A stretch of 54,216 nt of DNA, taken from NCBI GenBank assembly GCA_030605345.1, contig JAUWIN010000004.1:1-54216 (forward strand), written 5' to 3'. A model generated the notes under the pieces. It did no database searches. It was not told where the DNA came from and worked only from the letters and a program-made list of their open reading frames with translations. The translations under genes and the position numbers were made by a program. Positions 48,824 through 54,216 of this stretch are shown here, in pieces; positions within the stretch are counted from its first letter, which is position 1, and the number at the start of each line of letters is the position of its first letter. Source of the DNA: Candidatus Brocadiia bacterium (GTDB taxonomy: Bacteria > Planctomycetota > PUPC01).

Positions 48824-49052
48824 GCAAATTCCGTGCCAAAGGCCCGAAAAATCCTGGGGGAAATCCTAACTGCACATACAATAAAGGGTTACAACATTGC
48901 CTGGCGCCAGCTCCAAGTAAGTCATGTTGCAAAAAATACCCGTCCCAAACGCCATATCTGCCCTGGAAACAGGCTAACCTCTGGCGAGCCCGGAGCTTAG
49001 CCTCATGTTGCTGAAAAGAAACACGGAGAGGAAATGTTCCGTTTCCGCAACG
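48824..49052 (-). promoter_or_regulatory. Sigma54 promoter module 2
   Basis: Consensus TGGCACGGAATTTGC at 48824-48838; palindromes at 49006 and 49035 plus a half-site at 48925; TAAC-N17-STTA at 48867 and 48975. Confidence 0.85.
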
Positions 49053-49081
49053 CGTCTGGCGAGCGGAAACTGCGAAGGGAA

Positions 49082-49420
49082 TCAGGAACTGTCGGGACCC
49101 GAGGGCGAGAATTCTTCCTCGGTGAGGTCGCCTGTGAAATACCGTTCCAACTCCTCCGGCGTGCACTCCTCACGCGGCGGGCAGTAGTCGGGCAGGTCAC
49201 GGACATAGGGGCAATCGGCGGGGAAAACGCCGAGCTGAATGCCTTCCTCAACGGTGAGGCAATGCGGATTCAACTCGAACCGATTTTCGTAAACGGTGCA
49301 CAGCCTGCTTTCGGGGTCGTAGAACTTGCAGAAGGACGGCAGATAGACCACCTGCCCGTCGATGACTATCTTCTCGTGGCAGCACTTGCCGCAACGGCGG
49401 CAGAGCCTCGCATCAGCCAT
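49082..49420 (-). CDS. CxxCxxCC cysteine-cluster protein (YkgJ/YcgN-like)
   Basis: LCRRCGKCC, CKFYD...CTVYENRF..NPHC and PADCPYV. Confidence 0.8.
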   Translation of the reverse strand: MADARLCRRCGKCCHEKIVIDGQVVYLPSFCKFYDPESRLCTVYENRFELNPHCLTVEEGIQLGVFPADCPYVRDLPDYCPPREECTPEELERYFTGDLTEEEFSPSGPDSS

Positions 49421-49442
49421 AATCAAGTCCCGTAGCGCGCAG

Positions 49443-50600
49443 CTAGCCGGTGAGTTCCTCCCGGGCGAATGTGATTTTGGGGCGGCGCAGGCCAACGTTG
49501 AGCAGCAGTGACACCGCCAGCAAAGAGGACAGGGTCGAAGACCCGCCGTAACTCACGAAGGGTAGGGTGACGCCGACAATGGGCAGCAGGCCGATGGTCA
49601 TGGCGACGTTGATAAAACCTTGCACCACGAGCAACGACACTACGCCCACGGCGATAAGCCTGCCGACCGGCTCGCGGCAGCGCCGGGCGATACTCAGGCC
49701 AGCCGCAGCAAGCAGGAGGTACAGCACGATGACGACGTTGGCGCCGACAAAGCCCGCCTCCTCGCAGATGACGGCGAACATGAAATCGGTGTTGCGGTAG
49801 CCCAGGTAGTTCAGCCTGTTCTGCGGCCCCTTGCCGCGACCCCTCCCCCAGACTTGGCCGGAGCCGACGGCAATCCTGGACTGGATCATGTGGTGGAACC
49901 GACCCACTCGTTCCGCCTGTGTCAGTTCCTGCCCCTGCCGGACCCACGCGGTGATGCGGCCTTGCTGCTCCCTGCTCATGCTGAACCACGCCAGAGGCAG
50001 TAAGACCAGCGTCGCCGCGGCGAGCAGCGCCAGATGCCTGATGCGGGTGCCGGCGACGAACACCATTGCGACGGCGGGAGCGACAAACATCAGGGCGGTC
50101 CCGAGGTCCGGCTGGGCGGCGATCATGGCTGCGGGCACCGCGGCGATGCCGAACGCCGCGAGTCCGCCTGAGGCGGACCTCATGCGCTTCACCCTGTGCC
50201 GGCCCGCCAGGAACCACGCAAGCGCAATGATGGTGGTGATCTTGACCAGCTCCGACGGCTGGAGCCGCACGTTCGCCGGCAGCACCAGCCAACTCCGGGC
50301 GCCGTTGACCACCCTGCCGAACACCATCACCACCCCCAGCATCGCCAGCCCGCCGAGGTAAAGTATGAGCGACATCGCGGCGAGGGTGCGGTAGCGGGGG
50401 ACGAGCAGGGCCGCACCGAGCACGATGCCGACTCCGATCCATATTATCTGCTTCTGAGGGCTGGAGGTATAGTAGCCCTGCCCCGCCCGTGCCGAGCGGT
50501 AAGACGCACTTTTCATATAGGGCCAGGTGAACACCATCAGCGCCAGCACGGCCACGACCACCGCCCAGTCGAGCCGCTTGAGTTGGCGAAAGCTCGTCAT
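49443..50600 (-). CDS. rodA: SEDS peptidoglycan glycosyltransferase RodA
   Basis: GARSW, QPSELVK, QPDLGT, TDFMFAVICEE and GVTLPFVSYGGSS; downstream of PBP2. Confidence 0.92.
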   Translation of the reverse strand: MTSFRQLKRLDWAVVVAVLALMVFTWPYMKSASYRSARAGQGYYTSSPQKQIIWIGVGIVLGAALLVPRYRTLAAMSLILYLGGLAMLGVVMVFGRVVNGARSWLVLPANVRLQPSELVKITTIIALAWFLAGRHRVKRMRSASGGLAAFGIAAVPAAMIAAQPDLGTALMFVAPAVAMVFVAGTRIRHLALLAAATLVLLPLAWFSMSREQQGRITAWVRQGQELTQAERVGRFHHMIQSRIAVGSGQVWGRGRGKGPQNRLNYLGYRNTDFMFAVICEEAGFVGANVVIVLYLLLAAAGLSIARRCREPVGRLIAVGVVSLLVVQGFINVAMTIGLLPIVGVTLPFVSYGGSSTLSSLLAVSLLLNVGLRRPKITFAREELTG

Positions 50601-52630
50601 CGGCGCTCATCCTCTCCGTGCTGTTCAACGCCAAGCAAATCCAGCGGCATGGCTTCGAGTATCCTGCGTGCGACGGGTGCGGCTGTGCTGCCGCCGCCCT
50701 GTCCGTTGGTGAGGCGCTCGATGGCGACTGCGAACGCGATTCGCGGCTGCTTGTGCGGCGCATAGCCCACAAACCAGCCCACGTCGTCGCCGGGCCGCGC
50801 GGCAGTGCCGGTCTTGCCGCAGACCTCGAACGGCCTGTGGAAATTTCTGAACGCGCTGTTGCCCGTTCCGCCGTATTCGTTCACCACCTTATACAACCCA
50901 AGCCGCACCACGCTCAGCGAGTGCTTCGAGAGACCAAGGTTGCGCGGCTTGCGTTCATCAGGCAGGACCTCAGCGGCGGGGCTGTCGGTGTCGAACGGGC
51001 GGAGCTCACTGACGCCCTTCAGCGGCATCAGCCCCCCGTCGTTGGCGACCGTGGCGACCATCTGGGCCACCTGGAGCGGCGTGACCACCAGCTCGCCCTG
51101 GCCGATGGCCAGGTTCAGCAGCTGCCCGCCGGGCGCGGTCAACGGAAGGTTCCCCCCGTATTCCCGCGGGATGCGGACGCCTGTTTTCCTGCCGAGGCCC
51201 AGCCGTGCCGCCATGCCGATGAGTGCTTCGGCGCCCGCCCGCTGGGCGGTTCTGTAGAAGAAAATGTTGCAGGAATACTTGAACGCGTCGGGCAGCTCGA
51301 CCGTGCCGTGGCCGCTTCTGCGGTGGCAGCGGAACGTCCGCCCCCCGAACTGGATGGAACCGGTGCAATTGACCGAGGGCGGGACGCAGCCCTTCTCCAG
51401 CGCCGCGAGCGCGGTGACGATTTTGAAGACCGAGCCGAGCGGGTAGCGGGCCCTCACGGCGCGGTCCCACAGCGGCCGGTCGGGGTTTTCGGCCAGTTGG
51501 CCGTAGTCCTGGCTGAACCGCGCCGGGTCATACTTCGGGCTGGAGGCGATGGCAAGGATGCGGCCGGTGCGGACCTCGACGAACACAACCGCGCCGACCT
51601 TGTGTTCCAGCGCGCGCTCGACAATCTTCTGGAGTCGCGAGTCGATGGTAAGAACCACGTCGCGTCCTGTCTCTGCGGGCGCGTTGGCCAGCACGCGCTG
51701 GCGGCGGTCCATGTTGTCGCGCTCGATGCACCGCATGCCGAAGTGCCCGCGCAGAATGTCGTCCAGGCTCTTCTCGATGCCGGCGCGGCCGGCTCGGAGG
51801 GTCATGAAGTATCCCCTTCCCGGCCAGCCGCGGTATTTCTCGACCGCCGCTTCCACGTCGCGCGGGTCGTAGTCCGACACGTAACCGACCAGATGCGGAG
51901 CGAGCACGCCGGAGGGGGTTGCCCGCTCGCACCGAGTTTTGACCTGAAAGCCGCGGAACTCGTTCGGCCGGGTCTCGACCGCGGCAACGGTCTCATAGTC
52001 CACCCCTTTGATAACCGAGACCGGCGAGAACACCGGTATGCGGAGCCGGGCCACGTCCACCGCCGTCCTCAACACCCGTTCCAGTAGTTCGTCGCGCGGC
52101 TCGCCGGTCAACTGGGCCAGTTCGCTCACCGAGCGTACCAGCTGCTGGGGGAGTTCGAACTCGTCGCACTGCCGCTCCACCAGATACACGACCGGCGGGC
52201 CATGTTCGCCATGCACCTCGACTTCGAGCTTGGACCAGGCTTTTGCGACCAGGCAGGGGTCGCCGTCGTCGCCCTGTTTGCGGTGTATGTCAAAGTCAGC
52301 GTGGGTAACTCGGAGCAGTTTCTCGCCGCGCGGGACGTAGAACAGGCGGCGGAGGGGGTCGCGTATGCGCCGCTCGCCGGAAGGGTCCAGCCTGCCGATG
52401 ACCACCGCCACGTCGAATGCCAGCCTGTCCTCGGCGAGGACCGCTCCGTCGCTGGTGAGGATGCGTGCCCGCGCTACGTCAAGCGGGAGCAGAGCAACCC
52501 GCTGCCGGTCGGCGTAGCTCCTGTAGTGTTCGCCCCGCACAATCTGGAGGTGAACCAGGCGCGCCTCGACCGCGACAAACGCGGCGATTATGACACAGAA
52601 CAAAACGCCTACGCGGCAACTATGACGCAC
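50597..52630 (-). CDS. mrdA: Penicillin-binding protein 2 (class B)
   Basis: SVFK, SCN and KTGT motifs, N-terminal TM and LTIDSRLQ. GTG start at 52630 follows GGAGGAG. Confidence 0.9.
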   Translation of the reverse strand: MRHSCRVGVLFCVIIAAFVAVEARLVHLQIVRGEHYRSYADRQRVALLPLDVARARILTSDGAVLAEDRLAFDVAVVIGRLDPSGERRIRDPLRRLFYVPRGEKLLRVTHADFDIHRKQGDDGDPCLVAKAWSKLEVEVHGEHGPPVVYLVERQCDEFELPQQLVRSVSELAQLTGEPRDELLERVLRTAVDVARLRIPVFSPVSVIKGVDYETVAAVETRPNEFRGFQVKTRCERATPSGVLAPHLVGYVSDYDPRDVEAAVEKYRGWPGRGYFMTLRAGRAGIEKSLDDILRGHFGMRCIERDNMDRRQRVLANAPAETGRDVVLTIDSRLQKIVERALEHKVGAVVFVEVRTGRILAIASSPKYDPARFSQDYGQLAENPDRPLWDRAVRARYPLGSVFKIVTALAALEKGCVPPSVNCTGSIQFGGRTFRCHRRSGHGTVELPDAFKYSCNIFFYRTAQRAGAEALIGMAARLGLGRKTGVRIPREYGGNLPLTAPGGQLLNLAIGQGELVVTPLQVAQMVATVANDGGLMPLKGVSELRPFDTDSPAAEVLPDERKPRNLGLSKHSLSVVRLGLYKVVNEYGGTGNSAFRNFHRPFEVCGKTGTAARPGDDVGWFVGYAPHKQPRIAFAVAIERLTNGQGGGSTAAPVARRILEAMPLDLLGVEQHGEDERR

Positions 52631-53153
52631 TTCCGAAACTCCTCCGCGACCGCACCCCCAGGAACCTTTCCAGCGGCCGCATCGCGGCAAAGACCAGCGG
52701 GCCGAGCGCCGCTGAATACATCCCCGCCCAAAAGCCCTGCGCCAGAACCGGCCCTGTGTGCCCACCCGCCAGGACGGCCAGAGCAACAGCCAGCGTTCCC
52801 TGCGCCGCAACACACACGGGCGCCAGAATCAGCACTTGCGCCAGCGCACTCTCGAGAAACAGATCCTCGCTGAGTCGGCTTACAGCAACTGCGACCAGCC
52901 CGAAGACCAGCGCCGCCGTGCCCAACGGCAGGTACGAGCCGGCGGAGTAAATGTCCTCCAGCAGCCCCGCGGCCCATCCTATCCAGAACGCGTTCCACCG
53001 CCAACCCTTCCGCAGCGGCTCACGCGCCGCAATGCACACCGCCACCAGCAGCAGCAGGTCCGGGCGGACATGCCGAATCGCCAGCGCCGGCACCATGCTC
53101 GACTGCACCAGAGCGACAATCAGTAACAAACCAATTATGCGAAGCCAGCGCAT
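52620..53153 (-). CDS. mreD: Rod shape-determining protein MreD
   Basis: Hydrophobic protein with RPDLLLLV and GWAAGLLEDI; upstream of mrdA. Confidence 0.85.
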   Translation of the reverse strand: MRWLRIIGLLLIVALVQSSMVPALAIRHVRPDLLLLVAVCIAAREPLRKGWRWNAFWIGWAAGLLEDIYSAGSYLPLGTAALVFGLVAVAVSRLSEDLFLESALAQVLILAPVCVAAQGTLAVALAVLAGGHTGPVLAQGFWAGMYSAALGPLVFAAMRPLERFLGVRSRRSFGSAS

Positions 53154-53332
53154 AGAACCAGCCAGCAGGACCTCCCCCCATAATAAATATCGACACAACA
53201 TACTACGAAACTTTAGCATGAAGTTATAGTGTTCGGTTGGCGCCCGCCGGCTTCCTGCCTCTGGGCTACAGAAAATTTGCCGAGCGCGGAGTTTTCGTTG
53301 CTGTAGCTGCTCGCCGTAAGGGCCAGCCCGAA

Positions 53333-53561
53333 CGTTGCCGAAACGCAACACCGAGCCAGCATGTTGATTTTTGTCAACATGGGCTAAGTTACGGCATCAC
53401 AGTATCTTGCGCCGTTTGTGGGCAATGTTGCGTCTCTGGGCGTTGATTTTGGGCAACATGGGCCTGGTTCGTCACCAAAGGAAAAAGGAGCGTAACATCT
53501 TGTTCCGCAAGGTGTTACAATTCTTCCAACCCTTTTTTACCTCCGTTGGCATGCTATTTGC
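53333..53561 (+). promoter_or_regulatory. Sigma54 promoter module 3
   Basis: TGGCATGCTATTTGC at 53547-53561; palindromes at 53333, 53362 and 53441; TAAC-N17-GTTA at 53493. Confidence 0.85.
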
Positions 53562-53683
53562 GCGTACGCAGGGAAGAACCAATGGACACAATGCCCCGAA
53601 GTAGGGGAGAAACTCTCGTGAGCCAATGGACACAACCGACTGTGGGCGAGAAAGAGAACGGTGAAGAGATAAGGGGTGGCAAC

Positions 53684-54216
53684 ATGTCAAAAAGGAACTG
53701 GGTGTTGGCGCTGGTGGTGGCTCTTATGGCAGTCACCGGTTCGCAGGTGTTGGCGGACAACTACTGGGAGGGCGCGGGGACAGGCGGCGATCCTTCGATA
53801 AGCGGCCCGACCACGTTCTGGTCGCTGGGGGGCAACTGGAGCGAACTGCATGCCCCCGGCCTGGATGAGGTTGTGTATGTTGTTTTCACTAACCCCGGGC
53901 AAGTGAACGTTGACTCTGGTGCGGAGGCGTACGAAGTCTTCATGGATGGCGGCGCGGTTGTCACCCTGGATGGCGTTGACTCGACGTTGAGCGTCGTCAA
54001 CCCTCTGCGTGTCGGCTATGACGGCGAAGGCACGCTGAATATCACCGGCGGCGGAGCGGTCAGCAACTACTATGGCTACATCGGCCACTTCTCCGGCTCG
54101 ACCGGCGCGGTTGCAGTCGATGGTGAAGGCTCGACGTGGACGAATGACGGTAGCCTCCACATCGGCTACTACGGCGCCGGCACGCTGAATATCACCGGCG
54201 GCGGAGCGGTCAGCAA
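53684..54216 (+). CDS. Secreted protein with T5SS/PEP-CTERM-associated repeats (3' truncated)
   Basis: Signal MSKRNWVLALVVALMAVTGSQVLA; 50-aa repeats VGYDGEGTLNITGGGAVS..GYIG..GSTGAVAVDGEGSTW; 38-bp exact repeat at 54029-54066 and 54179-54216. Confidence 0.88.
   Translation, partial: MSKRNWVLALVVALMAVTGSQVLADNYWEGAGTGGDPSISGPTTFWSLGGNWSELHAPGLDEVVYVVFTNPGQVNVDSGAEAYEVFMDGGAVVTLDGVDSTLSVVNPLRVGYDGEGTLNITGGGAVSNYYGYIGHFSGSTGAVAVDGEGSTWTNDGSLHIGYYGAGTLNITGGGAVS

Overview
A GC-rich bacterial window, probably from an anaerobic Planctomycetota (inferred from the MoxR/DUF58/BatA operon, DUF1080, a prenyltransferase-repeat lipoprotein and planctomycete-type dockerin/PEP-CTERM proteins). The left half is mostly housekeeping and catabolic: MoxR operon, xth, ribBA, tRNA-Asp, hutH-hutU-ftcd-hutI, an ECF sigma/anti-sigma pair, RNase P RNA, an AT-rich pruA-rocD insert, a TIGR00300 ornithine cyclodeaminase-like gene and an unannotated 56-aa ferredoxin. 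The right half (about 28.5-54.2 kb) is the most interesting part. It holds a cell-surface locus with 7 PEP-CTERM genes, an orphan PEP-CTERM tail and the start of a T5SS/PEP-CTERM-repeat protein. Three sigma54 promoters share an enhancer layout conserved almost to the base, and a repeated Shine-Dalgarno-like leader element occurs four times. An unusual enzyme cassette sits inside the locus: a tandem U32-like Fe-S protein, two catalytically degenerate AlkP-TPR-GNAT fusions (each split by one in-frame stop) and a PP-loop amidotransferase-like protein. mreD-mrdA-rodA lie near the right end. Several lesions (T>G changes in G-rich context, single-base frameshifts, lone stops) may be sequencing errors. 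All family calls come from motif recognition, not database searches.
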